Of a stretch of DNA of 64,000 bases, positions 29,893 to 40,772 are shown in pieces. Numbering within the stretch: the stretch's first letter is position 1; every line of letters begins with the position of its first letter. Made by a program: the position numbers and the translations under genes. Under the pieces are notes generated by a model. That model saw nothing but the letters and a program-made list of their open reading frames with translations, had not been told where the DNA came from and did no database searches. This DNA is from an uncultured Methylomirabilota bacterium. GTDB lineage: Bacteria > Methylomirabilota > Methylomirabilia > Methylomirabilales > 2-02-FULL-66-22. The DNA is taken from the NCBI GenBank assembly GCA_963845565.1, contig CAWJSJ010000002.1, positions 128,001 through 192,000 on the forward strand, read 5' to 3'.

Positions 29893-30160
29893 GCCTCCCC
29901 CCCGTTGCGACGACGCCGGGAACGGCGGCGGCCGGCCCGGATTTCGCAACGGCCTAACGACGATCTACGCCGCGTATCGCGCCACCCGGAAAGCCCGCGG
30001 GCGCGCCCTGCATCACGAATATGGGTACCAGAGGTATGGGCACCTCCTTGTCGGAAGGAGAACTGTGCGAGAGAATGCGGTTTGCGGGAGGGGGTGAGAA
30101 CAGCCTAGCCGAGGAACGGCCGAAGGTCAACGGTTTGGTCCGGGCCCGCGACAACAGTTA

Positions 30161-30201
30161 AGCCCGGATTATTCACGAATTCTCTGTGAATAATCCGGGC
30201 T
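30161..30201. repeat. Perfect 16-bp inverted repeat (mini-element or terminator)
   Basis: AGCCCGGATTATTCAC-N9-GTGAATAATCCGGGCT. Confidence 0.8.
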
Positions 30202-30781
30202 AGGGAACTCCGATCCGCCAGAGATAGATGTTTCGCGTGATTCCCGCCTCATCCAGGAGCGGACGGACGACATCGGGGCTCCAGTCGCCCATGTCGAAAT
30301 CGTGAGAGACGACGCGTGCGCCCGGTCGCAGTTGAGTCCGTATGGCAGGCCGGAGTTTCAGGTTGGCGTCCCGGCTGAGATAGATGGTCACGACCGTCGC
30401 CGGAGACAGATCCACCGTCAAGACATCCTGCTGCCGGAATTCCACGAGGTGCGCGACGCCGGCCTGGCGGGCGCTTTCGCTGGACCGGCGGACCAGGTCC
30501 GCGTCCAATTCGAACCCCACACCCCTGGCGCCGTAGAGCCGGGCGGCCGCGATGACGATCCGCCCGTCTCCGGAGCCGAGGTCAAAGATCACATCGTCCT
30601 TCCCGACGTTGGCCAGCCGGAGCATCTCCTCGGCAATCATCTCCGGCGAGGCCACAAAGGGAGCCAGCGACGCCGGGTCGCGCGGCACCGGACGCCCGAC
30701 GTCACCGCACCCCGCGATCAGCGCAACGGCCACCGCGGTCCACGCCACGACTCGGAATCTACGGATCGGTTGCGGATACAT
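30200..30781 (-). CDS. Class I SAM-dependent methyltransferase with a putative lipoprotein signal
   Basis: DLGSGDGRI, LRPGARVVSHDFDMGDW; LIAGC. Confidence 0.88.
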   Translation of the reverse strand: MYPQPIRRFRVVAWTAVAVALIAGCGDVGRPVPRDPASLAPFVASPEMIAEEMLRLANVGKDDVIFDLGSGDGRIVIAAARLYGARGVGFELDADLVRRSSESARQAGVAHLVEFRQQDVLTVDLSPATVVTIYLSRDANLKLRPAIRTQLRPGARVVSHDFDMGDWSPDVVRPLLDEAGITRNIYLWRIGVP

Positions 30782-31005
30782 CGCCAATCGGCTCCTCGCC
30801 CACCGAGGGGGTTGTACGGGTCGTTGCGTAGGGCGGCGCGGTACCCGGTGCATCTCGGTCGCACGCCGCCTCGGTCGTGCGTTCGCACATCGCGCCTGAC
30901 CGCGTGAGCGAAATCGGCCAGGCTACTCGCGACCCGCGGATGGCTGTGTCTCTTCCTCCGGGAATAGGGTAAGATACGCACGGTCATTTCGCAACAGGAG
31001 GAGCG

Positions 31006-31425
31006 ATGGAGCGCATCCAGGAGATCTTCCAGGGCGATCGGTTGATTCAGGACTTCGGCATGACGCTGGTGGAGGCACGCGAGGGATACGCCAAGGTATC
31101 CGTCGGCGTGGCGGAGCGCTTCCTGAATGCCCACCGCATCGGACATGGCGTTCTGCTGTTCGCGGTCGCCGACGCCGCCTTTGCCCTCGCCGTGAATGCC
31201 GCCGCCGACGCCGTCGGCATCCAGTGGAGCCTGAACGCCTTCCGAGCGGCGCGGCCCGGTGAAACCGTGATCGGCGAGGCTGAGGTGATCCACGCAGGCC
31301 GCCAGTCCCTGGTGTGCGCGCTCACCGTCACAACCGGCGAAGGCCGCGTCCTCGCCAAGGGCCAGGCCACGGCCCTCCCCGTCACCCCCGCAGCGTTGGC
31401 CGGACGAGGGGCGAAATTGCGGTAG
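31006..31425 (+). CDS. PaaI family hotdog-fold thioesterase
   Basis: FLNAHRIGHGVLLFAVADAA; AGGAGG RBS. Confidence 0.85.
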   Translation: MERIQEIFQGDRLIQDFGMTLVEAREGYAKVSVGVAERFLNAHRIGHGVLLFAVADAAFALAVNAAADAVGIQWSLNAFRAARPGETVIGEAEVIHAGRQSLVCALTVTTGEGRVLAKGQATALPVTPAALAGRGAKLR

Positions 31426-31671
31426 TTCCTCCCATGCCGCCACCCGCGCTTCCTCCCTGTGCGCGCGCTCGCCCTCCCGATACACGCGCACGGCGACGCA
31501 CGCTGACACTGTCCTTGTTGGGTGCGGTGAGTCAAAGCCGCCCTTGAGCGCGTCACCCGGATAGACCAGTTCCGGCGAGGTGTTGCCGGGGGTCGCGGTT
31601 TCGACTAGAATGCCGCGACTCACGAGTTCACTTAAACTGCCCCGTGGGGGGGCCGCGACCAGGAGGATCCG

Positions 31672-32166
31672 ATGATGGCACGTGTCAAAGATGGCGACCG
31701 CGCGGCGTTGCTTCGCGAGGCGGAAGCGGTACTCGCGGCCCATGGCGACAAATCGAACTGCGCCGAGCGCGTGTTCCTGGCGCTTCGCGCGATCACGGAG
31801 ACCGACATTCCGCCCGAAGCGGTCTGCTTGCTCACCGGGCTGGGGGGCGGTGTCGGTGGAGCGCGAGAGGGCACCTGCGGGGCCATCACGGGGGGCGTGG
31901 CGGCGCTGGGACTCATCCACGGACGGCGTAACCCGCCGGACGGCGATCGGCTCTGGACCTACGAAGTCTGCCGGGATTTCGTCGCCCGGTTTCAGACCAG
32001 CTTCGGCGCCACCATCTGCGGCGGACTGGTCGGCGACCTGCTGCGCGAAGCGACGCCGGAGGCCGAGGAGCAGCGGAAAGCCCGCTGCCGCCAATACACA
32101 CTCGCGGCGGTGCGCCTGTGCCTCGACACGCTGGATCGTCACGGGAAGGCGTCGCCCGGGCAGTAG
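31672..32166 (+). CDS. C-GCAxxG-C-C family putative redox protein
   Basis: NCAERV, GTCGAITGG, FGATIC, RC. Confidence 0.88.
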   Translation: MMARVKDGDRAALLREAEAVLAAHGDKSNCAERVFLALRAITETDIPPEAVCLLTGLGGGVGGAREGTCGAITGGVAALGLIHGRRNPPDGDRLWTYEVCRDFVARFQTSFGATICGGLVGDLLREATPEAEEQRKARCRQYTLAAVRLCLDTLDRHGKASPGQ

Positions 32167-32240
32167 GTCGGGCGGAGTGACAGCCTGAGCGGGCCGGCGG
32201 CCCCGGTTGACGGACCGGGCTTGCCATGGTACCCATGGGT

Positions 32241-33062
32241 ATGAAACGCCTCGGCACTGCACTCGTCTTCGCGTGTCTCGTCGGCCTTCTCGCCACGCCG
32301 GTACGGGCGCAGGATTTGCCCGTCTTCGATGCGCACATCCATTACAGCCAGCCGGATTGGTCGGTGTACTCCCCCGACGCCATCCTCGCGCTCTTCGACA
32401 AGACCGGGGTGCGCTGGGCCTTCGTGTCCAGCACACCGGATGACGGTACGGTCCGTCTGTACGACAAGGCGCCGGACCGGATCGTGCCGGTTCTGCGCCC
32501 CTATCGCACTCGAGCGGACATGGGCACCTGGACGACGGACGCCTCCATCGTCTCGTACGTAAGGGAGCGCCTGCAGCGGCCGATCTACAAGGGACTCGGA
32601 GAGTTCCATCTGTCGGCCTCCCAGGCCGCGGACCCCACAGTCAAGGAGTTGGTGACGCTGGGCGCACGGCACGGCCTGTTTCTGTACGCCCACACGGATG
32701 CCGCCGGCATCGAGGAGTTGCTACGGCTCTATCCGCAGGTACGATGGCTCTGGGCGCACGCGGGGCTGGGCGAGCCGTTCGAGGCCGTCGCCCGCGTGGC
32801 CGACCGGAATCCCGCGCTGTTGATCGAGCTGTCGTTGAAATCCGAGGTCGCCGCCGCCGGACAGCTTGACCCGCGGTGGAGGGATCTGTTTCTGCGCCAC
32901 CCGGACCGGTTCATGGTGGGAACCGATACCTGGATCACCCCGCAGTGGGATCGCTTCCCGGAGATCCAGGCGACCGTCCGGGGCTGGCTCGGCCAGCTTC
33001 CCCGGGATGTCGCCGAGAAGATCGCCTACCGGAACGCCCGAAAGTTCATCGGCCTTCCCTGA
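32241..33062 (+). CDS. Secreted amidohydrolase family protein
   Basis: Signal peptide; DAHIHY, GLGEFH, LWAHAG, GTD, NA. Confidence 0.85.
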   Translation: MKRLGTALVFACLVGLLATPVRAQDLPVFDAHIHYSQPDWSVYSPDAILALFDKTGVRWAFVSSTPDDGTVRLYDKAPDRIVPVLRPYRTRADMGTWTTDASIVSYVRERLQRPIYKGLGEFHLSASQAADPTVKELVTLGARHGLFLYAHTDAAGIEELLRLYPQVRWLWAHAGLGEPFEAVARVADRNPALLIELSLKSEVAAAGQLDPRWRDLFLRHPDRFMVGTDTWITPQWDRFPEIQATVRGWLGQLPRDVAEKIAYRNARKFIGLP

Positions 33063-33255
33063 TCGCGCGCGGCCGAAACCGGCGCGCCCCGAACGCCCTG
33101 CCCGTCAGGTCAGTTTTCGATCGCAGGATTTCTGCTTGACGCCTCGTCAGGCCTCGACCGATACTCGCGTCGCCAGGGTGCTGGTGGGCACCGCGATGGA
33201 CTGTGGGCGCCCCACCCGCACCTTTCTTTCAGCCCGCACGCCTCCCGGAGGACCC

Positions 33256-34905
33256 ATGAGTCTGCATCCGCTCGCCGGCATGCCAGTCCCGGCCTCGCTC
33301 GTCATCAACGTTCCCCGGCTCGTCAGCGACTATTTCAGCCTGCATCCGGATTCGACCGACAAGAGCCAACTGGTGGCATTCGGGACATCGGGCCACCGAG
33401 GGGTCTCGCACAAGGGCACCTTTAACGAGGATCACATCCTGGCGATCGCCCAGGCCACGGCGGAACACCGGCGGGCCAAGGGGGTCACCGGCCCCCTCTT
33501 TCTCGGCATCGACACCCATGCCCTCTCCGAGCCCGCCTTCGTCTCCGCCCTCGAGGTCTTCGCGGCGAACGGCGTGGAGGTCCGGATCCAGCGCGGGCGC
33601 GGCTACACGCCGACCCCGGTCATTTCCCACGCCATTCTGGCGCATAACCGGGGCCGTGCGTCCGGTCTGGCCGACGGGGTGGTCGTCACGCCGTCGCACA
33701 ACCCGCCCGACAACGGCGGATTCAAATACAACCCACCGCAGGGCGGCCCGGCGGACACCGACGAGACTGCGATCATCGAGACCCGGGCCAACGCACTCCT
33801 GGCGGGAGGGAATCGCGAGGTCAAGCGTATCTCGCTCGCGGCGGCACTCCGCGCCTCCACGACGCGCGAGCACGATTATCTCGAACCCTACGTCGCCGAT
33901 CTCGCCGGCGTGGTGGATTTCGACGCCATCCGCGCGAGCCGCATCCGGATCGGCGTTGACCCCATGGGCGGTGCGGGACTGGCCTTCTGGGAGCCCATCG
34001 CCACCCGCTATCGGCTCGACCTCACGGTCGTCAACCCGCGCCTGGACCCCACTTTCGCCTTCATGACCATGGACCACGACGGCAAGGTGCGGATGGACTG
34101 CTCCTCCCCGTATGCCATGGCCGGCCTGATCGGTCTCAAGGATCGTTTCGACGTCGCCTGCGGGAACGACCCCGACACCGACCGCCACGGCATCGTCACG
34201 CGGTCGGGCCTGATGAACCCGAACCACTACCTGGCCGTGGCCATCTGGCACCTGTTCCAGCACCGCCCGGGTTGGCGCCCAGATGCCGCCATCGGCAAGA
34301 CACTGGTCTCCAGTGCCATCATCGATCGCGTGGCGCGATCGCTCAACCGCCGACTGTGCGAGGTGCCGGTCGGGTTCAAGTGGTTCGTGCCGGGTCTGCT
34401 GGACGGGAGCTTCGGATTCGGCGGCGAGGAGAGCGCCGGCGCCTCCTTCCTGCGCCGGGACGGCTCTGTCTGGACCACCGACAAGGACGGGATCATCCTG
34501 GGACTGCTCGCGGCCGAGATCATGGCAACCGCCGGGAAGGATCCGGCGCAGATCTACCAGGAATTGACGCAGCGATTCGGCGCGCCGGTGTACGCCCGGA
34601 TCGACGCGCCCGCCAGCGCGAGGCAACGGCAGATACTCAAGGCTCTCTCGGCCGGTGACGTCCGCGCCACCTCGCTCGCCGGTGAGCCGATCCTCGATCG
34701 GCTCACCCACGCGCCCGGTAACGGAGAGGCGATCGGCGGCCTCAAGGTCGTGGCCGAGAACGGCTGGTTCGCGGCGCGCCCGTCGGGCACCGAGGACATC
34801 TACAAGATCTACGCGGAGAGCTTCAAGGGCGCCGACCACCTGCGGCGCATCCAGGCGGAGGCGCAGGCCATCGTCTCCGCCACCTTCGCGGCAGCCGGCG
34901 CCTAG
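33256..34905 (+). CDS. pgm: Phosphoglucomutase (alpha-D-glucose-1,6-bisphosphate dependent)
   Basis: [47 protein letters not shown]. Confidence 0.97.
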   Translation: MSLHPLAGMPVPASLVINVPRLVSDYFSLHPDSTDKSQLVAFGTSGHRGVSHKGTFNEDHILAIAQATAEHRRAKGVTGPLFLGIDTHALSEPAFVSALEVFAANGVEVRIQRGRGYTPTPVISHAILAHNRGRASGLADGVVVTPSHNPPDNGGFKYNPPQGGPADTDETAIIETRANALLAGGNREVKRISLAAALRASTTREHDYLEPYVADLAGVVDFDAIRASRIRIGVDPMGGAGLAFWEPIATRYRLDLTVVNPRLDPTFAFMTMDHDGKVRMDCSSPYAMAGLIGLKDRFDVACGNDPDTDRHGIVTRSGLMNPNHYLAVAIWHLFQHRPGWRPDAAIGKTLVSSAIIDRVARSLNRRLCEVPVGFKWFVPGLLDGSFGFGGEESAGASFLRRDGSVWTTDKDGIILGLLAAEIMATAGKDPAQIYQELTQRFGAPVYARIDAPASARQRQILKALSAGDVRATSLAGEPILDRLTHAPGNGEAIGGLKVVAENGWFAARPSGTEDIYKIYAESFKGADHLRRIQAEAQAIVSATFAAAGA

Positions 34906-35007
34906 GAGGTACGGTGCCCATCACGGCGCCTTGGATGGTGGCGAGCCAGGTTTCCGTAGGTAGAGTGAACTTTCGGCGACCGGGAGAACTGGCGCGACGC
35001 CTCTTAG

Positions 35008-35158
35008 CAGAGCGCCGAAAAACCCATTTTCGCCCAGGCTGCTCAAAAGGGCCCAGATGCAAGGCGGCGCGCGACGGGCCGAGTGAGGCGTACTAGGGTA
35101 CGCCGCAGCGAGTGCCCAAGCAAGCCAACGCGGCGGATGGGCCCTTTTCAGTAGCCTG
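35008..35158. mobile_element. Non-autonomous inverted-repeat element of about 150 bp (MITE-like), copy 1
   Basis: Ends CAGAGCGCCGAAAAA / TTTTCAGTAGCCTG, flanked by TTAG on both sides; homologous to 42710-42859. Confidence 0.75.
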
Positions 35159-35968
35159 TTAGCGATCCCACCAGATCAGCGCCGACCGCATGCCGTCGGG
35201 CCAGCGGTAGCCGCCCTCTCCGAAGGTCAGGCGGCGGGTGAGGATTTCGAGGATCGTGGCATCGTGGCGATCGTCGTCGAGGCGCAGGTGCCGCTTGGCC
35301 CGAGCGACGGCGTCGTCGAGCGTGGGATCCTTCCAGACGCGGACCGGCTTCGGCTCCATCAGGACATTGGGGTGGTATCCCGCCGACAAGAGCAGGTTGT
35401 ACCCCACGATGAAGTTCGGGCTGTCGTGCCACCGGCCATGAAACTTCTGGCTCAACTCGCCGATCACGCCGTCGTGGGCAGGCAAGCGGAGCGCCAGATA
35501 ACAGGTCTGCCTGGCGCACGTCTCCATCTTCCGCACGAAGCCGAGTAAGTCTGGAGTCGTGTAGGTCGCATGAATGGCGATGGCAACGTCGTGGGGCGGC
35601 ACGGCGGCCGTGAGCCAGGGCGTACCCACCACGTCCAGGTTACCGATGTCCTGCGCCGCGGCCCGCTCGACCAGCACCTGGCGCATACCCTGGAGCGGCT
35701 CGACGGCGGTGACGCGGCGCACTTTCCTGGCGATAGGCAGGGTCCAGCGGCCGATCCCCGCGCCGATATCAAGCACCGTCATCTCTGGGATGAGCCGACC
35801 GAGGACGTGATCCAGAAGCGGGTCCGGGGCGTGCCCTCCCTCCCCATCCAGCTTCCGCGCCACGCCGCGCCAGCGCTCGACCATCTGCGCCGCGCCCTCC
35901 TCGCTCGCCTGGAGGTCGCACGACGCCAGCTCCCGCCAGAGTTCAGGCCAGTCCATTGGAATCGTCAT
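35159..35968 (-). CDS. Class I SAM-dependent methyltransferase
   Basis: VLDIGAGIG, VTAVEP. Confidence 0.85.
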   Translation of the reverse strand: MTIPMDWPELWRELASCDLQASEEGAAQMVERWRGVARKLDGEGGHAPDPLLDHVLGRLIPEMTVLDIGAGIGRWTLPIARKVRRVTAVEPLQGMRQVLVERAAAQDIGNLDVVGTPWLTAAVPPHDVAIAIHATYTTPDLLGFVRKMETCARQTCYLALRLPAHDGVIGELSQKFHGRWHDSPNFIVGYNLLLSAGYHPNVLMEPKPVRVWKDPTLDDAVARAKRHLRLDDDRHDATILEILTRRLTFGEGGYRWPDGMRSALIWWDR

Positions 35969-36102
35969 ACGAACACCCCTGCGTCCAGCGGCCTCGTGAA
36001 GGCGGAGATGGTCTGGGGCGCGGGCGTGGAAAAGCATAAGGGCTCGGAACCGTCCCGCCTCCCGAGCCCTCGGCTGATCGCTGATCGCCGAACGGCCGAC
36101 CG

Positions 36103-36948
36103 CTACCCCTTCACCGCCCCCGCCGTCAGCCCCGACACATAGTACTTCACAAAGAACGAGTAGATGAGGGCGATCGGGAAGGAACCGAGGACCGCAGCCG
36201 CCATGAGCGAGCCCCAGAACAGCGTATCGGCCTTGATCAGATCGCTCACCACCCCTACGGGGATGGTCTTCATCGAGCCGGAGGACATGAAGATGAGGGC
36301 GTAAAGAAACTCGTTCCAGCACAGGGTGAAGCAAAAGATCCCCGCCGAAAGGAGACCGGGAACGGACAGCGGCAGGATCATCCGCACCAGGATCTGCAGC
36401 CGCGAGCAGCCATCCGCCATGGCACTCTCCTCGATCTCCCTGGGGATCGTGCGGAAGTATCCCATCAGGAGCCAGGAGGCGAACGGGATGAGCTGCGTGG
36501 GATACGTCAGGATCAGCGCCCAGTAGGTATTGTAGATACCAAGCGTGGCAATGACCTGCGCGAGGGGAAGAAACAGAAGCGTGGGCGGGACGAGGTACGC
36601 CAGGAAGATCCCTACGCCCAGAAAATTGCTCCCGGGGAACCGGAGGCGAGCCAGCGCATAACCGATGAAGACGCTGCAAGAGAGCGACAGGATCGTGGAG
36701 ACCACCGAGACGATCAGCGTGTTTTTCAACCATTCGTTGAACGCGGTCTCGCGGAACAAATAGGTGTAGTTCTCCCAGGTGAACTGCTGAATCCAAAAGG
36801 GGTTGAACTTCATTTCGAACAGGTCGTTCGTCGGTTTGAAGGAGACGATGGCCATCCAGTAGAACGGAAACAGTAGGAAGACGAGATAAAACACGAGCGG
36901 CAGGTAGATATTGAGCAGCCGGTTGCTCAGTCGTTCACTTCCAACCAT
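36103..36948 (-). CDS. Carbohydrate ABC transporter permease (MalG-type)
   Basis: EIEESAMADG EAA loop, WNEFLYA, GLTAGAVKG. Confidence 0.93.
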   Translation of the reverse strand: MVGSERLSNRLLNIYLPLVFYLVFLLFPFYWMAIVSFKPTNDLFEMKFNPFWIQQFTWENYTYLFRETAFNEWLKNTLIVSVVSTILSLSCSVFIGYALARLRFPGSNFLGVGIFLAYLVPPTLLFLPLAQVIATLGIYNTYWALILTYPTQLIPFASWLLMGYFRTIPREIEESAMADGCSRLQILVRMILPLSVPGLLSAGIFCFTLCWNEFLYALIFMSSGSMKTIPVGVVSDLIKADTLFWGSLMAAAVLGSFPIALIYSFFVKYYVSGLTAGAVKG

Positions 36949-36949
36949 G

Positions 36950-37894
36950 CTATTCCTCCCGCCGCAGGTACACCAAGAGAATCACCGCAAACACGGACAA
37001 GATCGGGAACATGTACAGGGCGATGGCCGCCCCCATGCCGATCTCCGTCGCGGACAAGCCGATCTGGTAGGCGTACGTCCCGAAAATGTGCGTCTGGTTG
37101 GCGGGTCCGCCCTTGGTGAGAACATAGATCAATTGGAAGTCCGCGAACGTCCAGATGACGGACAGGAGAGACGCGATCAGGACGACCCCCTTGATATGGG
37201 GTACGGTCACGTGCCGGAACCGGTGCCACAAGCCAGCCCCATCAATGGCTGCCGCCTCGTGCAGTTCGTTGGGCACGGCTTGGAGCCCGGCCAGGATGGT
37301 GATGCCGAAGAACGGGACACCGCGCCAGATGTTGGCCAGACAGACCGACGAGATGGCCAGCATGGGGTCCCCCAGGAAGTTGATGTTCGTCTTGATGAGG
37401 CCGAGATTCTTGAAGAGCCACGAAATTGGGCTGAACACCGGATCGAAGATCATGAACCACCCGAGGGTGGACAACGCCGTCGGCACAATCCAAGGCATCA
37501 TCACCGCCGCCCGGATCGGGTTACTGAACTTCATGTGGTTGTTCAGCAACAGGGCCAAGCCCAGACCCAGGGCCGCCTTGAACGGCACCGTCACCATGGC
37601 GTAGACGAGCGTATTCCACGCCGTTTGGTGGAAGATGGTATCGGTCAGGAGATCGGCGAAGTTCCTGAGGCCGATGAATTTTCCGAGGCCTCGTCCGATT
37701 GCGCTATCCGTGAGGGACAGCCAAATCCCCAGGAAGAACGGATAGGCCATGAAGACCATGAGGAGCAGGGCGCCCGGCAGCATAAGGATGACGCCCAGGC
37801 TCGACTCGCGCTCCAGCAGCGATCCCGTCGTGACGGCGGTGCCGCGTAACTCCCCCTTACGGGCCAATGCACCCTCCAAAGCGAGGGCAGTCAC
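36950..37894 (-). CDS. Carbohydrate ABC transporter permease (MalF-type; start uncertain)
   Basis: FIGLRNF, ELHEAAAIDGA, LTKGGP. Confidence 0.92.
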   Translation of the reverse strand: MTALALEGALARKGELRGTAVTTGSLLERESSLGVILMLPGALLLMVFMAYPFFLGIWLSLTDSAIGRGLGKFIGLRNFADLLTDTIFHQTAWNTLVYAMVTVPFKAALGLGLALLLNNHMKFSNPIRAAVMMPWIVPTALSTLGWFMIFDPVFSPISWLFKNLGLIKTNINFLGDPMLAISSVCLANIWRGVPFFGITILAGLQAVPNELHEAAAIDGAGLWHRFRHVTVPHIKGVVLIASLLSVIWTFADFQLIYVLTKGGPANQTHIFGTYAYQIGLSATEIGMGAAIALYMFPILSVFAVILLVYLRREE

Positions 37895-37944
37895 GCTGCG
37901 TGGCGTGACTGCCCTTCGTTCCCGTTCACGCAATCAAACTAAAG

Positions 37945-37979
37945 TCAGACGGCGCGGACTTACGGTCCGCGCCGTCTGA
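37945..37979 (-). terminator. 15-bp stem-loop after the SBP gene
   Basis: TCAGACGGCGCGGAC-TTACG-GTCCGCGCCGTCTGA. Confidence 0.7.
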
Positions 37980-37989
37980 AAGCGAATCC

Positions 37990-39321
37990 CTAGACGCCGT
38001 ACACCCGCTTGAGCTGCTCGGCGCCCCACTCGATGGACGCCTTGGCATCACCGCTCTGCACAGCCTTGGCGAAGGTGTCCACAATGATGTACTTGGACCA
38101 GGCGAGAGACGCCTTCTCGTTCGGCGGCCCAGGCCAACCCACGTCTACTCCGTACTTGGGCTGCTCGCGGAAGGGGAGCATCTTCGGATCCTTCGTCCAG
38201 ACCGGATCATTGTAGTACTTGGTCACCGCTTGCAGCATGTAGCCTTCCTGCAACCGCCACCAGGCGCCGTACTGTTCGTCCTGGAACCACCATTTCAAGA
38301 ACTCCTTAGCGCCAGCCACGTTCTTGGAGTTCTTGAGGATGGCGAAGGTCCGACTCCCCAGCCAGTAGAACCGGCCGGCTGGCCCCTTCGGGATCAGGAT
38401 GTGGTGGGTGTCCTTGGCGATCTCCGGCTTGTCCTTCTTAGCGGCGAAATAGATGCTGGACCCGTTGTAGGTACTGGAGATCTGCTCGGACAGGTAGGCC
38501 CGGTTGTTGTTGCTGTCATCCCAGGAGGTGCCCGTCGTGTCGTAGCCATCTTTCCAGGCCTGGATGAACTTCCGCATGCCCTCGACGAATTCCGGCTTGT
38601 TGAACTGGACCGACTTCCCGTCTTTGTCGATTTCCATGGCCCCATGGGCCCACATGTAAGGATAGACGTACCCCGGCGGATCACCCGTGCTGTGCCCCAG
38701 TGCCTGGCCGAAGGGCTTCCCCTTTGCCTTGCACTTCTTGGCGATATCGAAGTACTGATCCCACGTCAGATCAACCTTGGCGCCATCCTCGGCGTTGGCC
38801 ACGCCAACTTCCTTGAACAGGTTGATTCGATAGGCCATGGACGCATTCGACATGCCATGCGGGATACCCAGATATCGGCCGTTCACCGGCGCGGAGTTTG
38901 CGACGTACTTCTCGAAACCGCCTCCCGCCTTGGCGAAGGCCTCCGCCTCCGGCGTCAGGTCCACCAGGTTGTCCTTGTACAGGTGATTCCAGGACGGCCA
39001 CAACTCCACGATGTCCACGCCGCCGGCCTGGATAGCCGCCGCGATCTTCGGCTGCAGGTCGGGCCAGTTCAGGAAGTCGGCACTCATTTCGACGCCGTTC
39101 GCCTGACCCCATGCCGCGGCCTGCTTCTTGTAAAGGTCTTGCCCGGGGGCGATGAAGTACGTCCCCTGCAGGACCGTCAGCTTCGTCCCCTTGAGGACCG
39201 CCGGTGCCTGACCGAACACCGTATTCGGCATGGACCCTAGGGCGGCGACGCCCACGCCGGCGGCCCCGACCTTCAGGAACTCACGCCGACTCAGCTTCTT
39301 CCCCGTTTTCGTCTTGTCCAT
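37990..39321 (-). CDS. Carbohydrate ABC substrate-binding protein with Tat signal
   Basis: SRREFLK Tat motif; SWDDSNNNRAYL; upstream of two permeases. Confidence 0.9.
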   Translation of the reverse strand: MDKTKTGKKLSRREFLKVGAAGVGVAALGSMPNTVFGQAPAVLKGTKLTVLQGTYFIAPGQDLYKKQAAAWGQANGVEMSADFLNWPDLQPKIAAAIQAGGVDIVELWPSWNHLYKDNLVDLTPEAEAFAKAGGGFEKYVANSAPVNGRYLGIPHGMSNASMAYRINLFKEVGVANAEDGAKVDLTWDQYFDIAKKCKAKGKPFGQALGHSTGDPPGYVYPYMWAHGAMEIDKDGKSVQFNKPEFVEGMRKFIQAWKDGYDTTGTSWDDSNNNRAYLSEQISSTYNGSSIYFAAKKDKPEIAKDTHHILIPKGPAGRFYWLGSRTFAILKNSKNVAGAKEFLKWWFQDEQYGAWWRLQEGYMLQAVTKYYNDPVWTKDPKMLPFREQPKYGVDVGWPGPPNEKASLAWSKYIIVDTFAKAVQSGDAKASIEWGAEQLKRVYGV

Positions 39322-39678
39322 CCAGAACCTCCTTTGGAAGTCATTGCTGGCTTCTCCGTCATCCATGCTTCCCGCTTGCGGGCTGCGAAACCCACTCACC
39401 CCCTTTCCTGACGCGGTTCCCTGCTACCCTCAATACCGATGGAGCGCTCAATAGGACGTGACACCCAACGTGCTTATTCGCGGGCTCCGTTGAAAGGGGA
39501 ACGCCACCACGGCCCGAACCTGGCAGCCACCCGGTGAAACGTGCACTTGTAGCAAACCTATCCTTGTCGGCAGGCACGTGTCAAGGGGATTTGGAGGAAG
39601 GGCCGAATCTGCGCTTATCCCGAAGCGGCATCGGACACAACGGGTTGCCGCCCGGTCCCGCGAACGCCTACCCGACGG

Positions 39679-40614
39679 TCATGCATCCAGCCCCTCCGGG
39701 TGGAGCGGCTGATGCTCGCGCCCCTTCATCAGCATCATGAGCGCCTCGCTGCATGGGGCGGCGAGGCCGAGCCGGCGGCTCTCCCGGGCGACGTAACCGT
39801 TCAGGGCGTCGATCTCGGTCCGCCGGCCCCGCTCTAGGTGCTGGAGCATCGACACGCGATGGAACTTCTTGGCACAATAGGCCTTGATGGTGTGCAGGGG
39901 ATCGGCATCGGGAAGCGTGACTCCCTTGGCCCGCACCAAGGCGATGGTCTCTTCGATGATGCGGCTCTGGAACTCGTCCAGCTCCTTCACCTCGCGGATA
40001 TGCCCCGGGCGCAGGTTCGTGATGGCGCAAATGGCGTTTATGCCGCAGTTGTGCACGAACTTGCCCCAGATGGTTACCATGATGTCCGGTTCGAGGACGG
40101 GCTCTAGGCCGGCGCGCGTGAAGAGATTTGCGATGGCCGCCAGCCGCGGGCTTCGCGAGCGGTCCAGTTCGCCAAGGTACGTCGGCCCCTGGTTCGTGTG
40201 CGTCACCCGCCCCGGAGCCTTGAGGTCGCCGCTGTGGAAGCTCAGGCCGGCCATGACGCGGCCGGCGCCGAGAACCTCCGTCAGGATCTCGACATTCCCC
40301 ACCCCATTTTGCAGGGTCAGGGCGTACCCGGATTCCTTGAGCACGACCCCGGCCGCTCGAGCCGCATCGGGCGTGTTGTACGTGTTGACGCAAATCACGG
40401 CGACGTCCGCCTTGGGCGCCTCGGCCGGATCGGTCGTCGCCCCCACCGGTGCGGTGAACTCTCCGTGGAGCCCGTCCATTCGGAGCCCGTGCGCCCGGAT
40501 CTGACGCACGTGCTCCTCCCAGACGTCGATCAGCGTGACCTGTTCCCCGACCCTGGCCAGATTTCCCCCGTAGACACACCCCATGTTTCCGGCGCCGATG
40601 ACCGCAATCTGCAT
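39679..40614 (-). CDS. Ketopantoate reductase (PanE/ApbA) family oxidoreductase
   Basis: IAVIGAGNMG, LQNG, WGKF, SMLQHLERGRRTEIDALNG. Confidence 0.9.
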   Translation of the reverse strand: MQIAVIGAGNMGCVYGGNLARVGEQVTLIDVWEEHVRQIRAHGLRMDGLHGEFTAPVGATTDPAEAPKADVAVICVNTYNTPDAARAAGVVLKESGYALTLQNGVGNVEILTEVLGAGRVMAGLSFHSGDLKAPGRVTHTNQGPTYLGELDRSRSPRLAAIANLFTRAGLEPVLEPDIMVTIWGKFVHNCGINAICAITNLRPGHIREVKELDEFQSRIIEETIALVRAKGVTLPDADPLHTIKAYCAKKFHRVSMLQHLERGRRTEIDALNGYVARESRRLGLAAPCSEALMMLMKGREHQPLHPEGLDA

Positions 40615-40772
40615 ACCGATTCTCCCTTGTCCGCCGCTCGCCCACCCGTCACCGGCGGCGGAACGCCGCCCTGAGGCCACCAGGTCATCCTGATCGTCAA
40701 GCTGGCGATGGGAATCCGGCGATCTTCCTTGCCTCTTCGCAGGACGAGAGGCCCGCGACCGCTCGGGCGGGG

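Noticed and set aside
36103..39321. ABC system lacking an ATPase as a novelty
   Set aside because: Carbohydrate ABC systems commonly share an MsmX/MalK-type ATPase encoded elsewhere
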